64,000 bases of DNA from an uncultured Proteiniphilum sp. GTDB lineage: Bacteria; Bacteroidota; Bacteroidia; Bacteroidales; Dysgonomonadaceae. The stretch lies in contig NZ_CALNAT010000256.1 of assembly GCF_937873925.1 (NCBI RefSeq), forward strand, positions 327 through 64,326. The letters are read 5' to 3'. A model generated the notes under the pieces. The model was not told the origin of the DNA. It searched no databases and saw only the letters and a program-made list of their open reading frames with translations. The position numbers and the translations under genes are program-made. Shown one piece after another: positions 47,569-56,951 of the stretch; positions within the stretch are counted from its first letter, which is position 1; every line of letters starts with the position of its first letter.

Positions 47569-49462
47569 AAATCATTTCGAAACTTCTTTTTACGAAGTTG
47601 CTCAATGCTTCTCCTTTGAGCATTCCGTTGGAGAGAAGGGCCAGGTCGACCATCTGTTTCAAACGGTTGTCGGCCGAGACTTGCGCCAGGAGCTGCTCTT
47701 TGTCCTTGTGTTCACTCTTGTCGATGAGCGCTTTGACCATCGGGTGCTGTACATTCAATACTATCTGATATGTGTCGGGCATCTCACCGTAGAAAGCCAT
47801 TTGCTGTTGCATGGCGGCCATCTCTTTCATCCGCCTGGAGAACTCGTTCTGCGTGATCTGAACAGGCCTGGAGGTCTCTCCGAGCGCTTTGAAATCGACA
47901 TTGAATTCCGTTTTTTCCATGGGCGGCAGTTGCGATTTCACCGCTTCCGACATATTCTCTTTCTGTTTATCGGTCAATTCTACTTTTGTCGTCTCCTCCT
48001 TTTCGATGATATGTCCGATGGTATCGCTGTCCACCCTCACAAAGCGGGTCTTATCCGATTTTTGTTCCAGAAGTCCCATCCAGTGGATATCGAGTTGACC
48101 GTCCATCAGAAGCACATCGTAACCTTTTTCCTTCGCCGCCTCGATATGACTGTATTGGTCCTGCCGGTCGCTGGCATAGAGGTAGATGAGGTCTCCGTTT
48201 TTGTCGGTCTGCGTTGTTTCGGTAAGGGTTTTGTATTCTTCCGGAGTGAAATATTTACCTTCCATATTTTTCAATAAGGAAAATTTGATGGCCCTGTCGC
48301 AAAATTTTTCGTCGGAGAGCATTCCGTATTCAATAAAGAGTTTCAGGCTATCCCATTTTTCTTCATACCGGGTACGCTCTTTTTTGAATAACTCTTCCAA
48401 CTTGTCGGCTGCTTTTTTCGTGATATGGTTCGAGATCTTTTTCACGTTCTGGTCGCTTTGCAGGTAAGAGCGGGAGACATTCAGCGGGATATCGGGCGAA
48501 TCGATCACGCCGTGCAGTAGCGTAAGGAATTCAGGGACTATCCCTTCCACCGAATCGGTCACGAAAACCTGATTGCTGTAAAGCTGTATCTTATTGCGTT
48601 GCAGATCGAGGTTGCTTTTTATTTTCGGAAAATAGAGGATGCCGGTAAGGTGGAACGGGTAATCCACATTCAGATGGATCCAGAACATGGGCTCATCCGC
48701 CATGGAGAATGAATACAGGTCACGATAGAATTTCAGGTAGTCTTCTTCGTTTAATCCTGCCGGCTTCTGCCGCCATAGCGGATTGGTGTCGTTGACGATA
48801 TTATCTTCTTCCGTGTCCACGTATTTTCCGTCTTTCCACTCCTGTTTTTTTCCGAAAACGACCGGTACGGAGAGGAATTTACAATATTTTTTGAGTAACG
48901 ATTCAACCTTTTCTTTTTCCAGGAATTCCTTGTTATCCTCATCTATATATAGGATGATGTCGGTTCCGCGATCCTTTTTTTCAACCTCCTCCATGGTGAA
49001 TTCCGGCGTACCGTCGCATGACCATTTCACGGCTTGTGCATCCTCCCTGTAGGATTTGGTGATGATCTCCACTTTTCCGGACACCATGAAGGAGGAGTAG
49101 AACCCCAATCCGAAATGGCCAATGATGGCATTCGCGTTTTCCTTGTATTTATCCAGGAAATCATTGGCGGAGGAAAGCGCTATCTGATTAATGTATTTGT
49201 CCACCTCTCCGGCAGTCATGCCGATGCCGCGGTCGGTGACCGTGAGCGTTTTCTTCTTTTTATCGATAAAAACATGTATGGAGAGATCGCCCAACTCACC
49301 TTTAAAATCGCCTACATCGGCCAGAGTTTTCATTTTCTGGGTGGCGTCCACCGCGTTCGATACGATCTCACGGATAAAAATCTCATGATCGCTATAGAGA
49401 AACTTTTTGATAATGGGGAAAATATTGTCAGTCGTTACCCCTATCTGTCCTTTTTGTACCAT
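47567..49462 (-). CDS. htpG: Molecular chaperone HtpG (Hsp90)
   Basis: GHKL ATPase N-terminus (IFPIIKKFLYSDHEIFIREIVSNAVDA). The start is set at MVQKGQIGV (49462). The ORF-track start is 49492. Confidence 0.93.
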   Translation of the reverse strand: MVQKGQIGVTTDNIFPIIKKFLYSDHEIFIREIVSNAVDATQKMKTLADVGDFKGELGDLSIHVFIDKKKKTLTVTDRGIGMTAGEVDKYINQIALSSANDFLDKYKENANAIIGHFGLGFYSSFMVSGKVEIITKSYREDAQAVKWSCDGTPEFTMEEVEKKDRGTDIILYIDEDNKEFLEKEKVESLLKKYCKFLSVPVVFGKKQEWKDGKYVDTEEDNIVNDTNPLWRQKPAGLNEEDYLKFYRDLYSFSMADEPMFWIHLNVDYPFHLTGILYFPKIKSNLDLQRNKIQLYSNQVFVTDSVEGIVPEFLTLLHGVIDSPDIPLNVSRSYLQSDQNVKKISNHITKKAADKLEELFKKERTRYEEKWDSLKLFIEYGMLSDEKFCDRAIKFSLLKNMEGKYFTPEEYKTLTETTQTDKNGDLIYLYASDRQDQYSHIEAAKEKGYDVLLMDGQLDIHWMGLLEQKSDKTRFVRVDSDTIGHIIEKEETTKVELTDKQKENMSEAVKSQLPPMEKTEFNVDFKALGETSRPVQITQNEFSRRMKEMAAMQQQMAFYGEMPDTYQIVLNVQHPMVKALIDKSEHKDKEQLLAQVSADNRLKQMVDLALLSNGMLKGEALSNFVKRSFEMI

Positions 49463-49814
49463 ATATTTATTGTTTAGTGGTTTATCTTTCACATCTGATC
49501 ATACCCTCCCGATGCAAATTGTATGCCATAAAGCCACCTGTCAGAAGAGGGAATTAACATATAAAGTTCCTGTTCGTAATCGGAAGTTCCTATTTAGAAT
49601 CAATCTAAAAAACTTAAATTTCCGTATTTATTACAATAATTTATTCTATAAGCAGGTATATAAATAATTTTTATCTGTTATCAAGGTTATCAAAGATGCT
49701 TTTTTTGCTATTTATCTACCTGTTTATCAGTGCAATTTCGGGTATTCTTTTTTTATTAACAATCATTAATCGTTTTTACGTGCATGAATGAGACAGGTTT
49801 TAAATATATCTTTT

Positions 49815-49822
49815 TATATTTG
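49815..49822 (+). promoter_or_regulatory. Candidate -7 box TATATTTG upstream of the ECF sigma gene
   Basis: Exact TAnnTTTG 42 nt upstream of ATG 49864. Confidence 0.45.
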
Positions 49823-49863
49823 CAAAGACAACGGTCATTTAACACAACTAAAGCGCATCGCTT

Positions 49864-50382
49864 ATGAAAACAAAGATTTCTTTCGAAAAACAGCTATTGG
49901 GGCTGCAGGACAACATGTTCAATTTCGCATTGACATTGACAGCCGACAGGGAAGAAGCCAAAGATTTGTTGCAGGAAACAACTCTTCGTGTACTGGATAA
50001 TAAGGAAAAATATTATGAGAATGTAAATTTCAAAGGGTGGGTTTTCACCATCATGCATAATATTTTTGTAAATAATTATCGCAAGATCGTCAGGAGCCAG
50101 ACTATTATCGACAAGACCGAGAACCTGTATCATCTGAATCTGCCGCAGGATTCCGGTTTCGATACTCCCGACGGGGCTTATACGATCAAGGAGATCAACA
50201 AGGCGATCAACAGTTTTACCGATGAATACAAGGTGCCCTTTTCGATGCATGTTTCAGGATACAAATATGAAGAGATCGCCAAACACCTCGGATTACCGAT
50301 TGGAACTGTAAAAAGCAGGATATTTTTCGCCAGGAAAAGGCTTCAGGAGCTACTTAAGGATTTTAGATTTTACGCTGAGTAA
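49864..50382 (+). CDS. RNA polymerase sigma-70 factor, ECF subfamily
   Basis: 172 aa with region 2 (WVFTIMHNIFVNNYRK) and a region 4 HTH (YEEIAKHLGLPIGTVKSRIFFARKRL). A terminator follows and there is no adjacent anti-sigma gene. Confidence 0.88.
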   Translation: MKTKISFEKQLLGLQDNMFNFALTLTADREEAKDLLQETTLRVLDNKEKYYENVNFKGWVFTIMHNIFVNNYRKIVRSQTIIDKTENLYHLNLPQDSGFDTPDGAYTIKEINKAINSFTDEYKVPFSMHVSGYKYEEIAKHLGLPIGTVKSRIFFARKRLQELLKDFRFYAE

Positions 50383-50421
50383 GATAGAGGATAAAGAGTA
50401 AAGAACGAAAAACAGTGCATG

Positions 50422-50450
50422 AAACCCCTTTTACGTAAAGGGGTTTTTTT
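50422..50450 (+). terminator. ECF sigma gene terminator
   Basis: AACCCCTTT-TACGT-AAAGGGGTT followed by TTTTTT, 40 nt past the stop codon. Confidence 0.85.
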
Positions 50451-50546
50451 ATGAGTAGATAGAATATTTTTGGATACGGTGATTTCTCTGCTTATGGACT
50501 GAAATAGCAATATATATTTTATCGTAATTGAAAAATAGATGGGATT

Positions 50547-51500
50547 ATGGAGATTATTTGGTTATTACTTTCGCTGGTTATTTTGTATTTTAGCGCGGAA
50601 GGTTTGGTTTCCGGGGCATCGTCACTGGCGAAACGTATAGGCATCAGTCCATTGGTAATCGGACTGACCATTGTTTCCATAGGCACCAGCGCGCCGGAAC
50701 TGGTGGTGAGCGTAAAGGCTGCTTTGAACGGGCAGAGTGCACTCTCTATCGGCAACGTACTGGGTTCGGACTTTTTTAATATAGGAATTATTCTGGGGCT
50801 GTCGGCCATGATCTACCCGTTGGCGGTGAAGAGGCAGTTGTTGAAGTTCGATGTGCCGGTGATGGTACTGGTAGCACTGTTGTTTTTCCTGTTGTTTCTC
50901 GATTTCGAAATCTCGAAGATCGAAGCCCTGGTGTTTATTGTTCTGTTCGTCTCCTATACCGGATATCTTCTGATCAGTTCAAAAAAGAACAGTGCACAAG
51001 TAAAGGATCATGATAACGAAAATGAGATCGAGATTGAGATTCGTTTGAGCAAACACTGGACATTGGATATTCTGTTTATCGGAGTGGGGTTACTGGGCCT
51101 GGTGTACGGTTCCGGCTTGCTGGTGGAGAACGCGGTAATTATTGCGGGGCGGCTGGGGATGTCGGAAGCAATGATAGGACTCACCATTGTGGCAGCAGGG
51201 ACCAGTATGCCGGAGCTGGCCACGTCGGTGGTGGCGGCCATGAAAAAACGGGCCGATATAGCGATAGGGAATGTGGTGGGATCAAATATCTTCAATATCC
51301 TGTTTATCCTGGGGGTGGCGGGATTGATCCATCCGATCAGTACGCCTGATATCAGTTCTATGGACAGTCTGTTCGTGATAGGCATCAGCCTGCTGTTATG
51401 GATCTTTATGAAGACAAGCACCCGTATTACCCGATGGCAGGGAGTAGCCTTTATCTTGTTTTATCTGATTTATTTTTTCATCAAACTCTCCGTATCATAA
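50547..51500 (+). CDS. Ca2+/Na+ antiporter (CaCA / YrbG family)
   Basis: 317 aa with two alpha-repeat motifs (GNVLGSDFFNIG and GNVVGSNIFNILF) in a ~10-TM protein. Confidence 0.88.
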   Translation: MEIIWLLLSLVILYFSAEGLVSGASSLAKRIGISPLVIGLTIVSIGTSAPELVVSVKAALNGQSALSIGNVLGSDFFNIGIILGLSAMIYPLAVKRQLLKFDVPVMVLVALLFFLLFLDFEISKIEALVFIVLFVSYTGYLLISSKKNSAQVKDHDNENEIEIEIRLSKHWTLDILFIGVGLLGLVYGSGLLVENAVIIAGRLGMSEAMIGLTIVAAGTSMPELATSVVAAMKKRADIAIGNVVGSNIFNILFILGVAGLIHPISTPDISSMDSLFVIGISLLLWIFMKTSTRITRWQGVAFILFYLIYFFIKLSVS

Positions 51501-53987
51501 AATAGAAGGGGTATCCGAAAAATCTTTCGGGCTATCTACTTTCTCGTTCATGAGCGCAAGATCCAGCACCTCCTTCACATCTCCTACATAGTGGAAGGTC
51601 AGTCCCTTCACATATTCGGCGTTGATCTCATCGATATCTTTCTTATTCTCCTTACAGAGGATGATCTCTTTGATACCCGCCCGTTTGGCGGCAAGGATCT
51701 TTTCGCGGATACCACCTACGGGAAGTACTTTCCCGCGCAGGGTGATTTCGCCGGTCATTGCCAGGTTGGGGCGCACTTTCCGTTGGGTATATAACGAAGC
51801 CAGCGAAGTGATCATTGTGATGCCTGCCGACGGACCGTCCTTGGGTATGGCGCCTTCCGGCACATGGACGTGGGTGTTCCAGTTCTCGAATATTCCGGAA
51901 TCGATCCCCAGTTCTTGTGCATGGGAATGCACATATTCCATGGCCAGCATCGCCGATTCTTTCATTACATCCCCCAGATTCCCGGTGAGGGTGAGTTTAG
52001 CCCCTTTCCCTCTGCTGAGTGAACTTTCCACGAAAAGGATCTCACCACCCACTGCGGTCCATGCCAGCCCTGTTACTACACCCGCATATTGGTTGCCCTG
52101 ATAACTGTCCCTGCTGTATTCTTCCATACCCAGGTATTCTTTCAGGTCGGATATTTTGAGGATTTTCGGATAGGGCTCATCCGACGCGATCTTCCGGGCT
52201 ACCTTCCGCATGATTTTGGCAATTTTTTTATTCAGTTCACGCACGCCCGACTCTCTTGTATAGTTTTCGATGATCTTTTGCAGGGCGGGCTTGGAAACAG
52301 AGAAAGCCCCTTTTTCGATACCGTGATTCTGAAGCTCTTTGGGGATAAGATGGCGATGGGCGATCTCGATCTTCTCTTCCGTTATATAGCCTCCCACGTT
52401 GATCAGTTCCATGCGGTCGAGCAACGGTTGGGGAATGGAGTTCAGATTGTTCGCCGTAGCAATGAAAAGCACTTTCGACAGATCATAATCAATAGAGAGA
52501 TAGTTGTCGTGAAATGCGGAATTTTGTTCCGGGTCCAGTACCTCGAGCAGCGCTGAGGATGGGTCGCCCCGGAAATCATTCCCTATCTTATCCACCTCAT
52601 CCAGTACGAACACAGGATTTCCAGCGCCGGCTTTCTGTATGTTCTGGATGATCCTGCCCGGGATGGCGCCGATATAGGTGCGGCGGTGGCCGCGGATCTC
52701 GGCTTCATCATGCAGCCCGCCGAGCGAAACGCGTACGTATTTGCGGTTAAGTGCCTCGGCGATGGATTTGCCCAAGGAGGTCTTTCCCACACCCGGAGGG
52801 CCGTAAAGGCACAGGATGGGAGATTTTAGATCGCCTTTGAGTTTCAGTACGGCCAGGTGTTCAATAATACGTTCCTTTACTTTCTCCATACCGAAGTGGT
52901 CTTTGTCGAGCACCTTCTGGGCGTTCTTCAAATTGAAATTGTCTTTGGTGTATTCACCCCACGGCAGGTCGAGAATGGTCTGAAGGTATCCGAACTGTAC
53001 CGAATAATCGGGTGATTGCGGGTTCAGACGTTCCAGTTTTTGTATCTCTTTTTCAAATGTTTTTCCTACCTCTTCGCTCCATTTCTTCTCCTTCGCCTGT
53101 TTCCTGAATTCATTGATCTCGATCTGCTGGGTATTCCCTCCCAGTTCTTCCTGGATGGTCTTGATCTGCTGCTGAAGAAAATACTCTTTCTGCTGTTGAT
53201 TGAGGTCTTCCCGGGTCTTCATCTGGATGTTCATCTTCAGTTCCAGTACCTGAGACTCGCGGTTGAGGATCATCAACAGGCGGTAGGCCTGCTCTTTTTC
53301 GTCGTTGATACTCAGCAACTCCTGCTTTTCATGACCCTCGAGGGGCAGGTTGGTGCCGCTGTAGCTGATAAGCATATCGGAAAAAGATTCACTGCTAATG
53401 GTTTGTGTCAACTCTTTGGGCGGTTCTCCCAGCAGGTGCAGCATATGGAGCAGGGAATCACGGATGGAGTCGAGGATCGCCTTGAACTCTTTATCCTCTC
53501 TCGACGCTTTTACATAGTCCCTCAGCCTGAACGTTGCCTTTATATAGGGTTCGGTCTGTGTGATCTGCTGCCACTCAAACCGTTTCTTTGCCTGTACGAT
53601 GATGCTGAAGTTGTTATCTCCAAGTTCAATAACACGGATCACTTCGGCGATCACACCGATCGGATAAAGATCGCCCTCTTCGGGGTCGTCCACAGACGAG
53701 TCTTTCTGGCATACCAGTCCGATATATTTTTGTTTCTTGCCAAGCGATTTGATCAGATCCAGCGATTTTTTTCTTCCCACGGATATGGGGAGCGTACTCC
53801 CCGGAAAAACGATGGTATTGCGCAAAGGGAGCAAGGGAAGGGTCTCCTTTAACCGGGATTCGTCGATCTCCTGGTTGCCGTCAACGAAGTCGTTGGCAAT
53901 GAAAGATATTACATTTGCTTCGGGAGCCTCTTCAGGCGTCATATATTTTTTGAATGGATTCATCATTTTAGCTATCTCTGTCATCAA
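51495..53987 (-). CDS. lon: ATP-dependent Lon protease
   Basis: 830 aa with a LON N-domain, Walker A GPPGVGKTS and the protease Ser context PKDGPSAG. Its 3' end overlaps the convergent antiporter gene by 6 nt. Confidence 0.95.
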   Translation of the reverse strand: MMTEIAKMMNPFKKYMTPEEAPEANVISFIANDFVDGNQEIDESRLKETLPLLPLRNTIVFPGSTLPISVGRKKSLDLIKSLGKKQKYIGLVCQKDSSVDDPEEGDLYPIGVIAEVIRVIELGDNNFSIIVQAKKRFEWQQITQTEPYIKATFRLRDYVKASREDKEFKAILDSIRDSLLHMLHLLGEPPKELTQTISSESFSDMLISYSGTNLPLEGHEKQELLSINDEKEQAYRLLMILNRESQVLELKMNIQMKTREDLNQQQKEYFLQQQIKTIQEELGGNTQQIEINEFRKQAKEKKWSEEVGKTFEKEIQKLERLNPQSPDYSVQFGYLQTILDLPWGEYTKDNFNLKNAQKVLDKDHFGMEKVKERIIEHLAVLKLKGDLKSPILCLYGPPGVGKTSLGKSIAEALNRKYVRVSLGGLHDEAEIRGHRRTYIGAIPGRIIQNIQKAGAGNPVFVLDEVDKIGNDFRGDPSSALLEVLDPEQNSAFHDNYLSIDYDLSKVLFIATANNLNSIPQPLLDRMELINVGGYITEEKIEIAHRHLIPKELQNHGIEKGAFSVSKPALQKIIENYTRESGVRELNKKIAKIMRKVARKIASDEPYPKILKISDLKEYLGMEEYSRDSYQGNQYAGVVTGLAWTAVGGEILFVESSLSRGKGAKLTLTGNLGDVMKESAMLAMEYVHSHAQELGIDSGIFENWNTHVHVPEGAIPKDGPSAGITMITSLASLYTQRKVRPNLAMTGEITLRGKVLPVGGIREKILAAKRAGIKEIILCKENKKDIDEINAEYVKGLTFHYVGDVKEVLDLALMNEKVDSPKDFSDTPSIL

Positions 53988-54001
53988 AACAGAAAAATGT
54001 T

Positions 54002-54009
54002 TACTTTTG
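54002..54009 (+). promoter_or_regulatory. Candidate -7 box TACTTTTG upstream of the tRNA methyltransferase gene
   Basis: Exact TAnnTTTG 58 nt upstream of the start at 54067. Confidence 0.4.
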
Positions 54010-54044
54010 TTTTAGTTTTGTATAGGATAAGACAAAATCCGTGC

Positions 54045-54052
54045 CAAATATA
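54045..54052 (-). promoter_or_regulatory. Candidate -7 box TATATTTG upstream of lon
   Basis: The plus strand reads CAAATATA, 58 nt upstream of the lon start at 53987, in a divergent arrangement with the previous box. Confidence 0.4.
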
Positions 54053-54066
54053 TCAAAATTTGTTCC

Positions 54067-54786
54067 GTGATGGGTAATCCCTGGTTCCGATTCAAGCAAT
54101 TCACCGTTTTTCACGATAAGTGTGCCATGAAGGTGGGAACCGATGGTGTGCTGCTTGGGGCCTGGACGAGCATGGAAAATGCGGCAGAGATACTGGATGT
54201 GGGAACAGGCACCGGACTCATCGCATTAATGGTGGCTCAGCGCAATCTTCTCGCAAAGGTGATAGCTATTGATGTGGATGAAAATGCTGTGGGACAGGCG
54301 ATGGAAAATATCGGGAATTCCCCCTTTTCTGACAGAATTACCGTGGAATTTTCTGCTTTCCGGCAGTTTGTTCAAAATACTTCGAAACGTTTCGACCTGA
54401 TTGTTTCCAATCCGCCTTACTTTTCAGATTCTCTTTTGCCCCCGGATAAAGAACGGGCAAAAGCAAGGCATTCCGTCTCGCTGACATTGGATGATTTATT
54501 GTTATCCGCTCAGGGTTGCCTTAAAAACGACGGAACGCTTTCCCTTATTCTTCCCTACGATAAGAGCGACGAATTAAAGTGCCTGTGTGAAAAGCATACA
54601 TTTTATATGAAAAGGAAAACCATTGTATATCCTTTGCCGGGTACCGAACCGAAGCGACTATTGACTGAGTTGACCCTGCGACATACCGGCCTTACTGAAA
54701 CAAGTTCGCTGATCATCGAAAATAGCCGGCATCAATACACCAAAGATTTCTCCGACTTGGTAAGTGGTTTTTACCTACATCTCTGA
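54067..54786 (+). CDS. tRNA (adenine-N6)-methyltransferase (TrmN6/YfiC-like)
   Basis: 239 aa with the SAM-binding motif LDVGTGTGLIAL and the catalytic motif VSNPPYF. Confidence 0.82.
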   Translation: MMGNPWFRFKQFTVFHDKCAMKVGTDGVLLGAWTSMENAAEILDVGTGTGLIALMVAQRNLLAKVIAIDVDENAVGQAMENIGNSPFSDRITVEFSAFRQFVQNTSKRFDLIVSNPPYFSDSLLPPDKERAKARHSVSLTLDDLLLSAQGCLKNDGTLSLILPYDKSDELKCLCEKHTFYMKRKTIVYPLPGTEPKRLLTELTLRHTGLTETSSLIIENSRHQYTKDFSDLVSGFYLHL

Positions 54787-54856
54787 ATTTTTATCCGGTC
54801 TTTTTCGAAAGTGTTTTAAAACCGACTCCTTTTGATTCCTTTCATTGAATTATTTT

Positions 54857-54864
54857 TATCTTTG
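54857..54864 (+). promoter_or_regulatory. Candidate -7 box TATCTTTG upstream of the DCC-family gene
   Basis: Exact TAnnTTTG 23 nt upstream of ATG 54887. Confidence 0.45.
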
Positions 54865-54886
54865 TTTTTTTATAATCAATAGGAAA

Positions 54887-55318
54887 ATGAAACCCATTGT
54901 TTTTTACGACGGAGAATGTGGCTTCTGTCATCGTTGGGTGCAATGGATCATAGATAGAGATGCCGGCCGGGTTTTCAGGTTTGCATCATTGCAATCAGAT
55001 TTCGCCAACGATTTGTTCTTGCATTTTGATAAGAAGGCGACTTTAGACTCCATCGTCATCTTTAAGGATGGGACGGAATTCTTAGTCAAATCGGAAGCGG
55101 TTTCCTATATTTTCTCTCAATTGAATCCCGGTTCCATTTTCTATAAAATGCTGAAAGTGTTTCCCCGTTTCCTCTCAGACATCGGATATGATTGCATGGC
55201 AGCAGTTCGTAAAAAAATCAGCATGCGAACCTGCCGCGTGTTTAACAGAGAAGAAAAAACACTTTTTCTGAACGATGTGGATTTCTTGGAATGGTTGTCT
55301 GAGAATAATCCATTATAA
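54887..55318 (+). CDS. Thiol-disulfide oxidoreductase DCC family protein
   Basis: MKPIVFYDGECGFCHRWV is the DCC/DUF393 signature. The start is set at ATG 54887, just downstream of a TATCTTTG box. Confidence 0.8.
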   Translation: MKPIVFYDGECGFCHRWVQWIIDRDAGRVFRFASLQSDFANDLFLHFDKKATLDSIVIFKDGTEFLVKSEAVSYIFSQLNPGSIFYKMLKVFPRFLSDIGYDCMAAVRKKISMRTCRVFNREEKTLFLNDVDFLEWLSENNPL

Positions 55319-55363
55319 ATACCGAAAAAGTTATTTTCATTTTCGTAGAATCATAAAAAGTAG

Positions 55364-55371
55364 TAATTTTG
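55364..55371 (+). promoter_or_regulatory. Candidate -7 box TAATTTTG upstream of hpt
   Basis: Exact TAnnTTTG 23 nt upstream of GTG 55394. Confidence 0.45.
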
Positions 55372-55393
55372 ACGCTTTAAAAAATCCGGAATA

Positions 55394-55930
55394 GTGAAAG
55401 AAGTCATTACTATCAGAGATAAACAGTTTGAATTGTTTATTGAACAAGAGATCATTGAACAGGGAATAAAACGGATTGCCGGACGGATAAATTCGGATCT
55501 GAAAGGAAAGGATCCTATCTTTTTGGCTGTGCTCAACGGTGCTTTTATGTTTGCCGGAGAGTTGATGAAAGAGGTTTCCATCCCCAGTGAAATTACATTT
55601 GTGCGTCTCGCCTCCTATCATGGGACATCCACCACTAACCGGGTGCAGGAGGTGCTGGGTTTGAACGAAAGTATCGAAGGCCGCTCGGTGGTGATCGTGG
55701 AAGATATCGTGGATAGCGGAAATACTATGGTTGCATTAAAGAAGGAGCTTGAGAAATATCATCCCCGGGAGGTGAAGGTAGCCACTTTGCTGTTTAAACC
55801 CGCTGCATTGCGGCAAAAACTTCCTATCGATTACGTGGCCCTTGAGATCCCCAATGATTTCATCGTCGGTTACGGACTGGATTATGACGGATACGGAAGA
55901 AATCTGAAAGATATCTATAAGGTAAAATAA
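55394..55930 (+). CDS. hpt: Hypoxanthine phosphoribosyltransferase
   Basis: 178 aa with the PRPP-binding loop VVIVEDIVDSGNT and a GTG start. Confidence 0.9.
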   Translation: MKEVITIRDKQFELFIEQEIIEQGIKRIAGRINSDLKGKDPIFLAVLNGAFMFAGELMKEVSIPSEITFVRLASYHGTSTTNRVQEVLGLNESIEGRSVVIVEDIVDSGNTMVALKKELEKYHPREVKVATLLFKPAALRQKLPIDYVALEIPNDFIVGYGLDYDGYGRNLKDIYKVK

Positions 55931-56119
55931 AGCGGTTTCCATTAAACCTCACCCGATTTAAATCGTCTTATTAAAAAAGACGAAACCGGCATAACTGAAA
56001 GTCATTGCAGGTTCCATATGTAACAGGGTGCAAAATATATAATAATCGTATAAAAGAAATTAAAAAGTTCTTTTTTCGGAATTTTCTCTATAAATTGCGG
56101 TACGGAATAAAAAAATAGC

Positions 56120-56127
56120 TATTTTTG
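56120..56127 (+). promoter_or_regulatory. Candidate -7 box TATTTTTG upstream of tonB
   Basis: Exact TAnnTTTG 53 nt upstream of ATG 56180. Confidence 0.45.
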
Positions 56128-56179
56128 CATTTAAACTTAGGAGTGATAAAAACAAGCAGTAGATAAAAAAAGACACACA

Positions 56180-56881
56180 ATGAGCAAAAAAGATGAAGTA
56201 AAAAAATCGCCAAAAGCGAATCTGGAAAGACAACGGAACACCTACATCCTGATGGGGTTGGTGTTGGGTATTTCTCTCCTTTTCTTCGCTTTTGAATGGT
56301 CGACCGAAACCAGAAAACTGGACGAGAACGTGCTTGTTCAGGATGTTTTGGCCGAAGAGGAAATCGAGATTACTCGTCGGGATCCGACTCCTCCGCCCCC
56401 CCCGCCTCCGCCAGAACCGGAAGCTCCGGAGATCATCGAGGTGGTAGACGAAAAAGTGGATGTAAGAATGGAAATACAGTCTGAAGACGACCAGTCTCAG
56501 AAACAGATGCAGACCTATGTTCCACCCCCACCACCCAAACCGAAAGAGGAAGAGGTGACCGAAGAGATCTTCGTGGTGGTGGAAGAACAACCGGAATTCC
56601 CCGGAGGGAATGCAGCTATGATGAAGTTCCTGGGCGACAATATCAAGTATCCGGTCATTGCACAGGAAAACGGTATCCAGGGACGCGTGATTTGTAACTT
56701 TGTGGTAGAAAGGGACGGTAGTATTACCGACGTACAGGTGGTACGTGGGGTAGACCCTTCACTCGACAGGGAAGCTATCCGTGTGATCCAACAGATGCCT
56801 CGTTGGAAACCGGGAAAACAGCGTGGATCGTCGGTACGTGTTCGGTTTACACTGCCGGTAGTATTCCGCTTGCAAAACTAA
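56180..56881 (+). CDS. tonB: TonB-family energy transducer
   Basis: N-terminal TM anchor, a Pro-rich spacer (PTPPPPPPPPEPEAPE) and a C-terminal TonB domain (EQPEFPGG...GRVICNFVVERDGSI). Confidence 0.88.
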   Translation: MSKKDEVKKSPKANLERQRNTYILMGLVLGISLLFFAFEWSTETRKLDENVLVQDVLAEEEIEITRRDPTPPPPPPPPEPEAPEIIEVVDEKVDVRMEIQSEDDQSQKQMQTYVPPPPPKPKEEEVTEEIFVVVEEQPEFPGGNAAMMKFLGDNIKYPVIAQENGIQGRVICNFVVERDGSITDVQVVRGVDPSLDREAIRVIQQMPRWKPGKQRGSSVRVRFTLPVVFRLQN

Positions 56882-56900
56882 AATGATTATATAAAGAAGG

Positions 56901-56936
56901 AAAGCTGCTTTTGAATCCCAAAAGCAGCTTTTTTTA
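56901..56936 (+). terminator. tonB terminator
   Basis: AAAGCTGCTTTTG-AATCC-CAAAAGCAGCTTT is a perfect 13-bp stem followed by a T-run. Confidence 0.88.
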
Positions 56937-56951
56937 CTCATATTTACTAGA

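Noticed and set aside
51495-51500. 6-nt overlap of the convergent antiporter and lon genes
   Set aside because: This is a real but trivial overlap of the 3' ends. No hairpin or other signal is associated with it.
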